Of a DNA stretch of 64,000 nt, positions 29,431-39,188 are shown in pieces. Every line of letters begins with the position of its first letter. Within the stretch, counting starts at the first letter, position 1. This DNA is from an uncultured Solirubrobacteraceae bacterium. Its GTDB lineage: Bacteria > Actinomycetota > Thermoleophilia > Solirubrobacterales > Solirubrobacteraceae. Below the pieces are notes generated by a model. The model saw only the letters and a program-made list of their open reading frames with translations. It made no database searches and had not been told where the DNA came from. The stretch spans positions 271,773-335,772 of the forward strand of contig CAVXRR010000001.1 in assembly GCA_963764125.1 (NCBI GenBank), written 5' to 3'. A program made the translations under genes and the position numbers.

Positions 29431-30899
29431 GCGCGCCGGCGAGCACCGCGGGCGCCTACGAGGAGGTCGCCTATCCGGGGTACGCCTATCCGCAGACGCA
29501 TCCCACCCGGCTGGAGGCACTGGGCCGGCTGTTCGGCCTGAGCCCGGCCCCGGCGGCGGGCTGCCGCGTGCTGGAGCTCGGCTGCGGGGACGGGGCCAAC
29601 TCGCTGGCGATCGCGCAGACACTGCCTGGGGCCACGGTCGTGGGGGTGGACGCGTCCGCCTCGGCGATCGCCCGGGGGCGGGCGCTGGCGGCGGCGGCGG
29701 GGCTGGGCAACGTCGAGTTGCGGGCCGGGGAGTTCGGCGAGGTCGACTCGCTCGCGCGGCTGGGCCCGGTCGACTACGTGATCGCGCACGGCGTCTACTC
29801 GTGGATCGCGCCGGCCGCCCGGGGCGCGCTGCTGGAGCTGACGCGGCGGGTGCTGGCGCCCCAGGGGATCGCCTTCGTGAGCTACAACGCCTACCCGGGG
29901 TCCTACCTGCGGGACATGGCGCGCGACATCCTGGCCTATCACCTCCAGGGCGTCCACACGCCGGCCGAGCGGCTCGCCGGCGCCCAGCGCCTGATGCGGA
30001 CGATCGTCTCGGTCGACTCCCCGACGCCCTACGCCCGGGTATTGCGCGAGCAGCTGCAGCGGATGCTCGACGGCTCCGACGCGCTGCTCTACCACGACGA
30101 CCTGGCCGCGATCAGCACGCCGTTCTACTTCCATGAGTTCATGGAGCACGCCGCCGCCCGCGGCCTGCGGTTCCTGTCCGAGGCCGACCTGGCCGACAGC
30201 CAGCTCAGGGATGTTCCCGAGGGCGTCGGCGAGCTGGTCGCCTCGCTCCCACGCGATGTCGTGGTGCGCGAGCAATACCTGGACTTCTTCAGCAACCGGG
30301 CCTTCCGCCAGACGCTGCTCGTGCACGCCGAGCTGCCGCTGGGCCGGGTCATCGACGACGCGGCGCTCGAGGCGCTGGTGCTCGCCTCGCCCGCCCGACC
30401 GACCGAGGACGGGTTCGTCGGGCCCGACGGCGCGGTCATGCGCACGTCGGACCCGCTGGTCGCCGCGGCGATGAACGAGCTGTGTGACCGCTGGCCCGAG
30501 CCGGTGGCGCTCTCCGCGCTGGTGGCCGGCGCGGCGCGGCGGGCGGGAGCCGAGCCTGTCTCGGGCGAAGGCCGCCGGGGTCTGCGTCGCGTGCTGCTCG
30601 ACGCGCATCTCGCCCACCTGGTCGTGCTCGGCGGCGGGGCGCCCGCGCTCACCGTCGACCCAGGGCCGCGACCGCGGGCCAGCGCGCTGGCCCGCGCCCA
30701 ATGCGCCGCCGGCGCTCAGGTGCTGAGCACGCTGATCCCGGGCAACCTCCCGCTCGACGACGAGGTCCACCGGCGCGTGCTGACGCTGCTCGACGGCACC
30801 CGCGATCGCCCCACGCTGGCCGCGCAGCTCGGCCTCACGCCTGAGACACTCGAGCAGGCGCTGCAGTACCTCGTTGGCCACGGGCTCATCTCACCCTGA
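29427..30899 (+). CDS. SAM-dependent methyltransferase with regulatory domain (Rickettsia PKMT-like protein-lysine methyltransferase family)
   Basis: YEEVAYP...QTHP.RL...LFG, VLELGCGDGAN, DYVIAHGVYSW, SYN.YPG, YFHEF, EQYLDF..NR.FRQTLL, LLDGTR. Probable CTG start overlapping the Hcp stop (CTGA). Confidence 0.85.
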   Translation: MSAPASTAGAYEEVAYPGYAYPQTHPTRLEALGRLFGLSPAPAAGCRVLELGCGDGANSLAIAQTLPGATVVGVDASASAIARGRALAAAAGLGNVELRAGEFGEVDSLARLGPVDYVIAHGVYSWIAPAARGALLELTRRVLAPQGIAFVSYNAYPGSYLRDMARDILAYHLQGVHTPAERLAGAQRLMRTIVSVDSPTPYARVLREQLQRMLDGSDALLYHDDLAAISTPFYFHEFMEHAAARGLRFLSEADLADSQLRDVPEGVGELVASLPRDVVVREQYLDFFSNRAFRQTLLVHAELPLGRVIDDAALEALVLASPARPTEDGFVGPDGAVMRTSDPLVAAAMNELCDRWPEPVALSALVAGAARRAGAEPVSGEGRRGLRRVLLDAHLAHLVVLGGGAPALTVDPGPRPRASALARAQCAAGAQVLSTLIPGNLPLDDEVHRRVLTLLDGTRDRPTLAAQLGLTPETLEQALQYLVGHGLISP

Positions 30900-30929
30900 G
30901 CCGCCCGCGATGCTCTCGTCGAGTCGATC

Positions 30930-31466
30930 ATGCTCAGGAGGTTCGCAGTGAGGTTCGGAAGACACGCCGCAGCTGCGCTTCTCCTGCTGGCCCTCGCGGG
31001 TCCGTCCCTTGCCCGTGGGGCATTCCCGGCACCACGCTCGCATCTCATCGTCCCCGGCACGTCGATCGGGGGAGTCACGCGAGGCCAGACGATCGCCCAG
31101 GCAAAGCGGCGCTGGGGCAGGCCGAGCTCCTGTACGACGTCGCACTACCGCGGAGCGGCGCAGACCGGGTGTGTCTACGGCATCAACCTCGAGACGAGCA
31201 CCCAGGCCGGTTTTGAGTCTCGACGCGGCCGGATCGTCGCCGTGTACGTGAGCACCAGCTGCCCCTCGCGCCACATCCCGAGGCGGCTTGCCCGGTTCAA
31301 GACCGCCAGCGGCATCCGGCTCGGCTCAACGCCGGCGCAGGTGCGCAAGGCCTACCCCCAAGCGCTACGTGTCCACTCGGTGATCTCGCTCGGAGATAGC
31401 AGCAGCCAGACCTCCTTCGACATCATCCGTGGGATCGTGTGTGAGATCGAGGTCGGCCGGATCTAG
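30930..31466 (+). CDS. secreted hypothetical protein
   Basis: Signal peptide; IVPG.SIGGV..G and FKTASGIRLGST..QV.KAYP; four Cys. Confidence 0.7.
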   Translation: MLRRFAVRFGRHAAAALLLLALAGPSLARGAFPAPRSHLIVPGTSIGGVTRGQTIAQAKRRWGRPSSCTTSHYRGAAQTGCVYGINLETSTQAGFESRRGRIVAVYVSTSCPSRHIPRRLARFKTASGIRLGSTPAQVRKAYPQALRVHSVISLGDSSSQTSFDIIRGIVCEIEVGRI

Positions 31467-32361
31467 CCGTCGGAGAGCAGGGTCGCCAGCTTGGCCGGGG
31501 TGTCGTCGTCCTGGAGCGGCGAGTAGAGGATCATGCGCTGCTCGGGGGTGTCCTGGGGGTGGAACACGGCGTGCTCGAACACGAGCGTGCCCACGATCGG
31601 GTGGTGGATCGTCTTGCGCCCCGCGCCGGACTGGGCCACCTCATGCTTGCCCCAGAGCTTGCAGAACTCGGGGCTGGACTTGCGCAGCGTGGTGACGAGC
31701 TCGTCGAAGGTGGGGTCGCCGATGTGGCGCGCGTGGTCGGCCCGGAACTTGGCCGCCATCAGGCGCGAGCTGCGCGACCAGTCGGGGAACATCTCGCGCC
31801 GGGCCGGGTCCATGAAATGCATCCACAGATGGTTGCGGGCGGGACGGGGCACGTCGTCGAAGTCGCCGAGGAGCGCGCAGGCGGCACGGTTCCAGGCCAG
31901 ATAATCCCAGCGGCGGCCGATGACGAAGGCCGGGTTGGGGCCGAGGTTCTCGATGAGGCGCTTGACCGTGGAGGACACGCGCTCGTCGGACTTGCAGGGC
32001 GGCGGGACCTCGCCGCGCCCGAGCAGCGACGAGGTGGGTGCGCTCGGCCGGGGTGAGCCGCAGGGCCCGCGCGATCGCCTCCAGCACCTCAAGTGACGCG
32101 CGCACGTCGCGTCCCTGCTCCAGCCACGTGTACCAGGTGGCACCCACCCCGGCGAGGTGAGCCACCTCTTCGCGGCGCAGGCCCGGGGTGCGGCGGCGAC
32201 CGCCGGAGGGGAGCCCCACCGCCTCGGGCTGGAGGTGCGCGCGGCGCTTGCGCAGGAAGTCCGCGCAGCTCCTCGCGGCGGCGCTCCTCGGTGGCGCCCA
32301 GGATCTCCCTGGGGTCCAGCGCCGGCGGCTCGGCGATGATGGGGGGAATCTCGACTACCAG
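31463..32361 (-). CDS. XRE-family MmyB-like regulator; frameshifts near 32265 and 32030
   Basis: RRRTPGLRREEVAHLAGVGATWYTWLEQGRD plus a PAS-like C-terminus (PAFVIGRRWDYLAWN). Confidence 0.85.
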
Positions 32362-32389
32362 GATAACTCCTTCTCTTGTACCTGGATAA
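32356..32389. promoter_or_regulatory. direct-repeat operator pair TACC[A/T]GGATAA
   Basis: TACCAGGATAA (32356-32366) and TACCTGGATAA (32379-32389) lie between the divergent MmyB-like and MFS genes. Confidence 0.6.
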
Positions 32390-32411
32390 GAATCATTGCA
32401 GACTCCTGCTC

Positions 32412-33899
32412 ATGCTTGCAACCAGAAACTTTCTTCAAGGGCGACTGGCGTCGACGAACGCCCTTTTGGCGGTCGTCTGCCTGGCCCAGTTCATGATCAT
32501 CCTCGACGTCTCGATCGTCAACGTGGCGCTGCCGTCGATCCGCAACGGACTGCACTTCTCCACCACCGGCTTGCAATGGGTCGTCAACGCGTACACGCTC
32601 ACGTTCGCCGGGCTGCTGATGCTCGGCGGCCGCGCGGCCGATCTACTGGGCCGCCGGCGGGTGTTCCTGGCCGGCACCGCGATGTTCGCGCTCAGCTCAC
32701 TCATCTGCGCGCTGGCGAGCTCGCGCGGCCTGCTCATCGGTGCCCGCGGCGTCCAGGGCATCGCGGGCGCGATCACCTCCCCGGCGACCCTGTCGATCAT
32801 CACCAGCACCCTGCCCGAGGGCCGCGAGCGCAACCGCGGCCTGGCGCTGTGGGGCGCGATGGGCGCGCTCGGCGCGTCCTCGGGGGCGCTGCTCGGCGGA
32901 GTCCTCACCCAGGGCTTCGGCTGGCAGGCGATCTTCGCCGTCAACATCCCGCTCGGCGCGATCGTGGTGGCGCTGGGCCTGCTCGCCATCCCGTCGATCG
33001 CGCCGGTGCAAGATCACCCCCGGCACTTCGACGCGCTCGGGGCGGCGCTGGTCACCACCGGGCTCATCTCCGTGACCTTCGGGATCGTGCGCACCGACAC
33101 GCTGGGCTGGGGCTCGCCCGGCGTCCTGGTCGCCCTGGCTGCCGGCGTGGCCCTGCTGGGGGCGTTCTTCTACGTCGAGGCCCGGGTGGCCCAGGCCCCG
33201 CTCGTGCCGCTGCAGATCTTCCGGATCCGCCGCCTGCGCGCCGCCAACCTGATCGTGGTCCTGCTCTACGCGGCCAACTTCCCCGCGTGGTTCTTCATCA
33301 CGCTCTACCTCCAGCAGGTCCTGCACTACACCGCGATCGAGGCAGGACTGGCGTTCCTGCCGATGACGCTCTCGATCTTCGCCGGCTCGACCCTGGCGCC
33401 TCGGGTCGTGGCGCGCTTCGGGGCGCGCGCGGTGATCGTCACCGCGATGACGGCGATGGCGGCCGGGATGGTCGCGCTCAGCGGGATCGCGCCCGGGCAG
33501 AGCTACGCCGGTCCGGTGCTGATCGGCGCGGTGCTCACCGCCCTGGGCATGGGCTTCAGCCTCGTGCCCTCGACGATCGTGGCCATGCAGGGCGTGGCCG
33601 GCGCGCAGAGCGGGGTGGCGTCGGGGCTGCTGAACACCAGCCGGCTGATGGGCGGTGCGCTGGGGCTGGCCGTTCTCTCGACGATCGCCAGCGGCCAGAC
33701 GCACGGTGCGGTCGGGATCAGCGCGGCGCGGGCGCTCACCAACGGGTTTGACCTGGCCTTCACGGTGGCCGTCGGGTTCGCCGTCGTCGGGGTGCTGGTG
33801 GCGGCCTATGCCCTGCGGCCGGGGTCCGAGCGCGCCGGCGTGGTGGACCTCCCCGAGCCGATCGAGGCCGAGGAGCGCCAAGCCGTCGTGGCCGCCTAG
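32412..33899 (+). CDS. DHA2-family MFS transporter
   Basis: LDVSIVNVALPSI and GGRAADLLGRRR; about 14 hydrophobic segments. Confidence 0.92.
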   Translation: MLATRNFLQGRLASTNALLAVVCLAQFMIILDVSIVNVALPSIRNGLHFSTTGLQWVVNAYTLTFAGLLMLGGRAADLLGRRRVFLAGTAMFALSSLICALASSRGLLIGARGVQGIAGAITSPATLSIITSTLPEGRERNRGLALWGAMGALGASSGALLGGVLTQGFGWQAIFAVNIPLGAIVVALGLLAIPSIAPVQDHPRHFDALGAALVTTGLISVTFGIVRTDTLGWGSPGVLVALAAGVALLGAFFYVEARVAQAPLVPLQIFRIRRLRAANLIVVLLYAANFPAWFFITLYLQQVLHYTAIEAGLAFLPMTLSIFAGSTLAPRVVARFGARAVIVTAMTAMAAGMVALSGIAPGQSYAGPVLIGAVLTALGMGFSLVPSTIVAMQGVAGAQSGVASGLLNTSRLMGGALGLAVLSTIASGQTHGAVGISAARALTNGFDLAFTVAVGFAVVGVLVAAYALRPGSERAGVVDLPEPIEAEERQAVVAA

Positions 33900-33918
33900 C
33901 CGCGACGAACCGATTGAT

Positions 33919-33962
33919 CCGCCACCAGCGCCCGCCGGGAATGAGCCGGGCGCCGGTGGCGG
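33919..33962. terminator. GC-rich hairpin between convergent genes
   Basis: ccgccaccagcgcccg ... cgggcgccggtggcgg inverted repeat. Confidence 0.45.
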
Positions 33963-33992
33963 TGTCGTTCCCTTCCCGGGGGAAACCTGGGG

Positions 33993-35855
33993 CTACTCGG
34001 CCGTCTCGCCGGCGAGGCGGAAGCGACCGACGAGCTCGGCCAGCCCGTCGGCGGACTGGGCCAGCTCGGAGGCCGAGACGGCGAACATCTGGGTCGAGGC
34101 GGAGGTCTCCTGCGCGGAGGCCGACACCTCCTCGGCGGCCGCCGATGATTCCTCGGCGATCGCGGCCACCACGGCGATGTTCTCATGCACGGCTTGGGCG
34201 CCGGTGGCGATCTCCTCGACCACGGCGGTGATCTCCTCGACCCGCCCGCTCATGTCGGACACGCTCTGGCCGAGGGCGAGGAAGGCCTCGCGGGCCTCCT
34301 CGACGACGACCGTGCTCTGGGTCGAGCGCTCCTTGCCGGCCTCGACGACGGCCACGGTGGCGGCGGTCTCGGACTGGATCTCGTTGATCAGCGCGGAGAT
34401 GGTGGCCGCGGCGTCCTGGGACTCCTCGGCGAGCTTGCGCACCTCCTCGGCGACGACGGCGAAGCCCTTGCCCTGCTCCCCGGCGCGGGCGGCCTCGATA
34501 GCGGCGTTCAGGGCCAGCAGGTTGGTCTGCTCGGCGATGGCGGTGATCGTCCGGGTGATACCGCCGATCTGGTCGGACTTCTCGCCCAGCTGGGAGATGG
34601 CGTCGGTGGCGGCCTGCGACGACTCGCGGACCGCATCCATGGCCTCGGCGGCACGGGTGACGGCGTCGGCGCCGCCGCTGGCCACGGTGCGCGCGGTCTC
34701 GACGGCCTCGGCGGTGCGCTGGGCGATCTCCGCGCCCGACTCGGCGGCGGCGGCGACCTGCTCGGCGACGCGGCGCGCCGCGTCGATGGAGGCGACCTGG
34801 CGCTCGTTGCCCTGGGCGACGTCGGTGATGGCGGTGGAGACCTCGTTGACCGACCGGCCCGCGTTCTCAGAGCTGTCGGCGATCCGGCGCGTGGAGTCGT
34901 TCATCGTGCCGGTGGCGACGTTGATGGAGCCGACGAGGCTGCGCAGGCCGTGGGTCATGTCGGCCAGGGCATTGCCCAGGGCGTCGTTCTCCGAGCGCGG
35001 CTGTACGTCCACCGAGAGGTCGCCGCTGGCGATCGTCTCGGCGACGTCGGCGGTGGCCTTGAGGTAGTCGGTCATCGCGTTGAAGTCCGATGCCATCTCG
35101 CCGAGCTCGTCGCGGCTGGTCACCTCGATGCGCTGGTCGATCTCGCCGCGGGCGATCTTCTTGGCGGCGCGGCCGACGGCGGAGATCCCGCGGGCCAGGC
35201 GGCGGGAGATGGCCAGGGCCACGCCGGCGGCGACGACCACGGCGAGGATCAGCAGGACGATGATCAGCGAGCGGCCCGCGGTGTAGGCCGAGCGCGACGT
35301 GGCGGCGGTGCGCTTCGCGGTGGTCTGCTCGTACTTCTCCCACGCGGCATCGGCGGCCTTCAGCGCGTTGTAGGCATCGTCGCCCGGGCCGCTGCCGACG
35401 ACGGCGCCGGCCGCGGTGGTCTTACCCCTGTCGGCGAGCGTGCGGAACGACGCGGTCTTGGCCACATAGGTGTCAAAGGCGCTGCGGAAGGCCGCGAGCA
35501 GGCGGCCGTCGGTCGCGTCGGTGATCAGTCCGTCCTGGCGGTAGCCGTCGAGCAGGCCGCTCATCGTCTGCAGGTCACCCGCGAGGTCGCCGGAGACGCC
35601 GGCCGCGCCCGCCCGCTCGGCGGGCGTGGAGAGGATGTAGTGCAGCTCGTCCTTGCGGAACTTGTTCATCGCCGCCGATGCCTGCCCGACGGCGTCGGTG
35701 GCCGGCACGACGCGAGACGCGAGCTGGTTGACCTTGCCGTCCAGGCTGCCGAGCTTGCTGATGGCCAGCAGGCCGACGGCCAGCAGCAGCGCCACGACGA
35801 CGCCGAACGAGGCCAGCAGCCTCGATCGAATGGACAGGGACGGGAATGTGGGCAC
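33993..35855 (-). CDS. methyl-accepting chemotaxis protein (4HB sensor, HAMP)
   Basis: Two TMs, [12 protein letters not shown] and [38 protein letters not shown]; GAGGAG RBS. Confidence 0.95.
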   Translation of the reverse strand: MPTFPSLSIRSRLLASFGVVVALLLAVGLLAISKLGSLDGKVNQLASRVVPATDAVGQASAAMNKFRKDELHYILSTPAERAGAAGVSGDLAGDLQTMSGLLDGYRQDGLITDATDGRLLAAFRSAFDTYVAKTASFRTLADRGKTTAAGAVVGSGPGDDAYNALKAADAAWEKYEQTTAKRTAATSRSAYTAGRSLIIVLLILAVVVAAGVALAISRRLARGISAVGRAAKKIARGEIDQRIEVTSRDELGEMASDFNAMTDYLKATADVAETIASGDLSVDVQPRSENDALGNALADMTHGLRSLVGSINVATGTMNDSTRRIADSSENAGRSVNEVSTAITDVAQGNERQVASIDAARRVAEQVAAAAESGAEIAQRTAEAVETARTVASGGADAVTRAAEAMDAVRESSQAATDAISQLGEKSDQIGGITRTITAIAEQTNLLALNAAIEAARAGEQGKGFAVVAEEVRKLAEESQDAAATISALINEIQSETAATVAVVEAGKERSTQSTVVVEEAREAFLALGQSVSDMSGRVEEITAVVEEIATGAQAVHENIAVVAAIAEESSAAAEEVSASAQETSASTQMFAVSASELAQSADGLAELVGRFRLAGETAE

Positions 35856-35921
35856 GGATGACTCCTCGTAGCTTCAAGACGGATTCGGTCCCGTCGGCCA
35901 CTGAGATGGCTGGTCCCTTGC

Positions 35922-35947
35922 TTCGGCTCCAGTCAGCGGGTCTTGAG
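35922..35947 (-). promoter_or_regulatory. FliA-type promoter (CTCA-N16-GCCGAA)
   Basis: Matches the CTCA-N15-17-GCCGAA motif described for Actinoplanes FliA-family promoters; lies upstream of the MCP gene. Confidence 0.65.
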
Positions 35948-36080
35948 CGTTTGTGGCGCGCGCCAGCCAATGATGTATTGGCCCTGACACTCCGGAGCGC
36001 GCCGCTTCCGGACCGAAGCTGACCTCATCCGGCCCTAACGTCCGTCCCCATCACACACATGACGCCCGCAGGGAGGAACG

Positions 36081-36452
36081 ATGGACATGAAGCTCGAGCT
36101 GGTCGCCGTCCCAGTCTCGGACCCCGATCGGGCCAAGGCGTTCTACACCGAGCAGGTGGGGTTCACCGCGGACCATGACATTCCGGTCCAGGAGGGGCTG
36201 CGCTTCATCCAGCTGACGCCTCCCGGCTCCGCGTGCTCGATTGCGCTGGGGGTGGGGATCACCGACGCTGAGCCCGGCAGCGTCGTCGGGCTCCAGCTCG
36301 TGGTCGCCAGCGCCGACGCGGCCCACGACGAGCTGGCCGGCCGCGGCGTCGCCGTGTCCGAGGTGCAGGAGTTCCCCTGGGGGAGGTTCGTGTTCTTCGC
36401 CGATCCCGACGGCAACCGGTGGTCGCTCCAGGAGATCGTTCAGCCCACCTGA
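36081..36452 (+). CDS. VOC/glyoxalase family protein
   Basis: VPVSDPDRAKAFY...LTPPGS...FADPDGNRW. Confidence 0.92.
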   Translation: MDMKLELVAVPVSDPDRAKAFYTEQVGFTADHDIPVQEGLRFIQLTPPGSACSIALGVGITDAEPGSVVGLQLVVASADAAHDELAGRGVAVSEVQEFPWGRFVFFADPDGNRWSLQEIVQPT

Positions 36453-36798
36453 ATCCGGTCAGTAAACTGACCACCGGTGCGCGGGCCCGCGAGATCGGAC
36501 ATCCGTCCAGCGTTCCTCGATTGATTCAAGTCGGTCCGGTGTCCGTGGGGGCGGCGGCGGGCAGGATGCCAACTGCGAGGTGAGCCGGATGCTCACCGTG
36601 GAGGTCCGAGGTGCACCGGATTGTCGTTCTCGCTACGACGCCGCAGATCCCACCGATTCCATCGATCCCACGGCGCCGTGCGCTGGGATCGCCAAGCGGC
36701 TCCAGGCGGAGACCGGGGCGGGCGAGGCCGCCGTCGCCCCGGCTCTGCCGGGCCCGTAGTGGTCGCCCGCGCGGTCGTGCGCGGGCGACCACTCAATC

Positions 36799-39003
36799 TC
36801 AGCCGGCGGCGGGCTCGGGCGCGGCGGGAGAATGATCCGCGCGCGTCGTGGCGCTGCGCCCCTCGACATTGAGGCGGGGCAGGGCCGAGTTCAGCCAGCT
36901 GGGGATCTTCCAGTTGGAATCGCCGAGGAGGATCATCAGCGCCGGCACCAGCACCGAGCGGACGATCAGTGCGTCGAGCAGGACCGCGCTGGCCAGGCCG
37001 ACGCCGAACAGCTCGATGATGCGCTCGCCGCCGAGGATGAACGAAGCGAACACCAGCACCATGATCGCGGCCGCCGCGGTGATGGTCCGCCCGGTGGCCG
37101 CCAGGCCGTGGGCCACCGCCTCGGTGTTGTCGCGCCTTCGGTGCCACTCCTCATAGATGCGGCTGACCAGGAACACCTCGTAGTCCATCGAGAGGCCGAA
37201 CAGGATGGGGAACATCAGTACCGGCACGAACGTCTCGATCGGCCCGGTGGTGCCGCCCAGCCAGCCCTTCTGGAAGATGGCGGTGACGATGCCGAACGCC
37301 GCCCCGGCCGACAGCAGGTTCATCACCGCGGCCGTGAGCGGGATGACGAGGCTGCGGAACACCGCCATCAGCAGCAGGAAGCTGAGCACGACGACGACGC
37401 CGATGAACAAGGGCAGCTTCGCCGACAGGATGTGGCTGAAGTCCTCGAAGATCGCGGTCGTGCCGCCGACGAGCACGGTCAGCCCGGTGCCCTTGGTCGC
37501 CGCCGGGATCACGGTGGTGCGAACCCGGCTGAGCAGGTCCGTGGTCGAGGCCGCCTGCGGTGAGCCCTTGGGATACACGCTGGCGATGGCCACCGTCGGA
37601 TGACCGTGGCCGCCGACCAGCGCGACCGGGGTCGAGCCGACGACGCCCGGCGTGGCCGCGACCGCCTTCACGGCCTGCTTGAACGCGGCGATCTCGCGAG
37701 GCTGGGTGGGGTCGATCTGCGCCACGAGCTCGAGCGGGCCGTTGTAGCCGGGACCGAAGCCCTTGGCCAGCAGGTCATAGGCCTTGCGGGTCGTCGTGCT
37801 GGATGGGTCGGTGCCGGCGTCGGCCGAGCCCAGGCGCATGCTGAGGAACGGGACGGCGATGATGAGCATCACCAGCGTCGCCACGATGGCGAACACCGCG
37901 GGGCGCTTGCTCATCGCATTGGCCCAGCGCACCCACGCCGGGGACTCGACGTTGAGCTGGAGCTTGCCCTCCTTGCGCGCCCGTCGCTCGCGCCGGCGCG
38001 GGACGAGACGGCCGATCGGGGTGGCCAGCAGCGCCGGCAGCAGCGTGAGCGCCGCGAGCACGGTGAAGGCCACCGTCACCGTCGCCGCGATGGCCACGCC
38101 GTAGAGGAAGCTGACGCCCAGCGCGAACATGCCCAGCATGGCGATGCAGACGATCAGCCCGGCGAACAGGACCGCGCGGCCGGAGGTGTCGATGGCCTCC
38201 ACCACTGAGTTTTCGCGGGTCTCGCCGCGGGCCAGCGCCTGCTTGAAGCGGGTGACGATGAACAGCGCGTAGTCGACGCCGACGCCCAGGCCGATGAGCA
38301 GCGCCAGCTCGGTAGAGAACGTGGCGATGTTGATGGCGTGTGAGAGCAGGCCGACGACCGCCGTCCCGGCGCCCAGCGACACCCCGGCGGTGATCAGCGG
38401 CAGCAGCATGGCGAAGAACGACCCGAACGCCAGGAACAGCACGATCGCGGCGGCCAGGAACCCGAACAGCAGGCCGCTGCCCTGGTTGTTGGTGTTGCCG
38501 GCCTCGGCGATGTTGCCCTCGACCTGGAACTGCACGCCGTTGCCCGACTGCGAGGTGATCGACTGCACGAACGCACGCGCCTGGGGCGCGGTGATCTTGT
38601 TCTGGTTGGCGGCGTTGGTGAACGTCACGTTGGCGAACGCCACCTGCCCGCCGGGAGCGATCTGATGGCTCGTCTGGGGCGTGAACGGCGACACGACGCT
38701 GGCCACGTCGGGGTTGGCCGCCACCTTGGCGAAGACCTGCTTGGCGCGCGCGACGACGGCCGGGTCGGTCACCTTGCCCTGTGAGACGCCGATCACGAGC
38801 TGGTCGGTCTCGCCCGACTGGTGGGGGCTGGCCTTCTGCAGGAGCCGGATCGCATCGAAGCTGCCCGTGTGGGGAAGCTTGAAGTTGTCCGTGAACGCGC
38901 TGCCCGCCGCGCCGTGGATCGCTACGAGCGCGACCAGCCCGACGACCCAGCCGAGCACGGCCAGCCATTTATGTCTGAAGCACCAGGAAGCTAGGGTTCT
39001 CAT
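36799..39003 (-). CDS. MMPL-family (RND) transporter
   Basis: GVGVDYALF, SGRAVLFAG, GFGPGYNGP, FGLSMDYEVFLVSRI and TGRTITAAA. Confidence 0.93.
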   Translation of the reverse strand: MRTLASWCFRHKWLAVLGWVVGLVALVAIHGAAGSAFTDNFKLPHTGSFDAIRLLQKASPHQSGETDQLVIGVSQGKVTDPAVVARAKQVFAKVAANPDVASVVSPFTPQTSHQIAPGGQVAFANVTFTNAANQNKITAPQARAFVQSITSQSGNGVQFQVEGNIAEAGNTNNQGSGLLFGFLAAAIVLFLAFGSFFAMLLPLITAGVSLGAGTAVVGLLSHAINIATFSTELALLIGLGVGVDYALFIVTRFKQALARGETRENSVVEAIDTSGRAVLFAGLIVCIAMLGMFALGVSFLYGVAIAATVTVAFTVLAALTLLPALLATPIGRLVPRRRERRARKEGKLQLNVESPAWVRWANAMSKRPAVFAIVATLVMLIIAVPFLSMRLGSADAGTDPSSTTTRKAYDLLAKGFGPGYNGPLELVAQIDPTQPREIAAFKQAVKAVAATPGVVGSTPVALVGGHGHPTVAIASVYPKGSPQAASTTDLLSRVRTTVIPAATKGTGLTVLVGGTTAIFEDFSHILSAKLPLFIGVVVVLSFLLLMAVFRSLVIPLTAAVMNLLSAGAAFGIVTAIFQKGWLGGTTGPIETFVPVLMFPILFGLSMDYEVFLVSRIYEEWHRRRDNTEAVAHGLAATGRTITAAAAIMVLVFASFILGGERIIELFGVGLASAVLLDALIVRSVLVPALMILLGDSNWKIPSWLNSALPRLNVEGRSATTRADHSPAAPEPAAG

Positions 39004-39087
39004 GCGACTGTCATCCTCCGAAGTTGTTCCGCCCTCAGGCTAAGCGCCCGCGCAGTTCGGCGTAAGTGGCCTGAGGCCGAAAAGAGT

Positions 39088-39103
39088 CATGACAATTGTC
39101 ATG
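39088..39103. promoter_or_regulatory. perfect 16-bp palindrome CATGACAATTGTCATG; putative operator
   Basis: Lies between the divergent MMPL and NUDIX genes. Confidence 0.6.
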
Positions 39104-39188
39104 CAGCCGCCGCGCCGTGCCCAGCCCGGCCACCGATTGAACACATGTTCGCTGACATTTGGCTGACAATCCCTGAGCGGAGCGCGCG

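Noticed and set aside
29427-30899. Absence of lysine in the methyltransferase as evidence of avoiding self-methylation
   Set aside because: The kinase at 56140-57555 is also lysine-free, so GC-driven composition explains it.
35856-36080. c-di-GMP riboswitch upstream of the MCP gene
   Set aside because: No GEMM-type GGCAAA/GNRA-receptor pattern is visible, and the region is explained by a FliA-type promoter.
36457-36835. Small ORF 36611-36835 and palindrome GGTCAGT-AA-ACTGACC
   Set aside because: The ORF is low-complexity, overlaps the MMPL 3' end and has no recognisable motif. The palindrome directly follows a stop codon and has no clear target.
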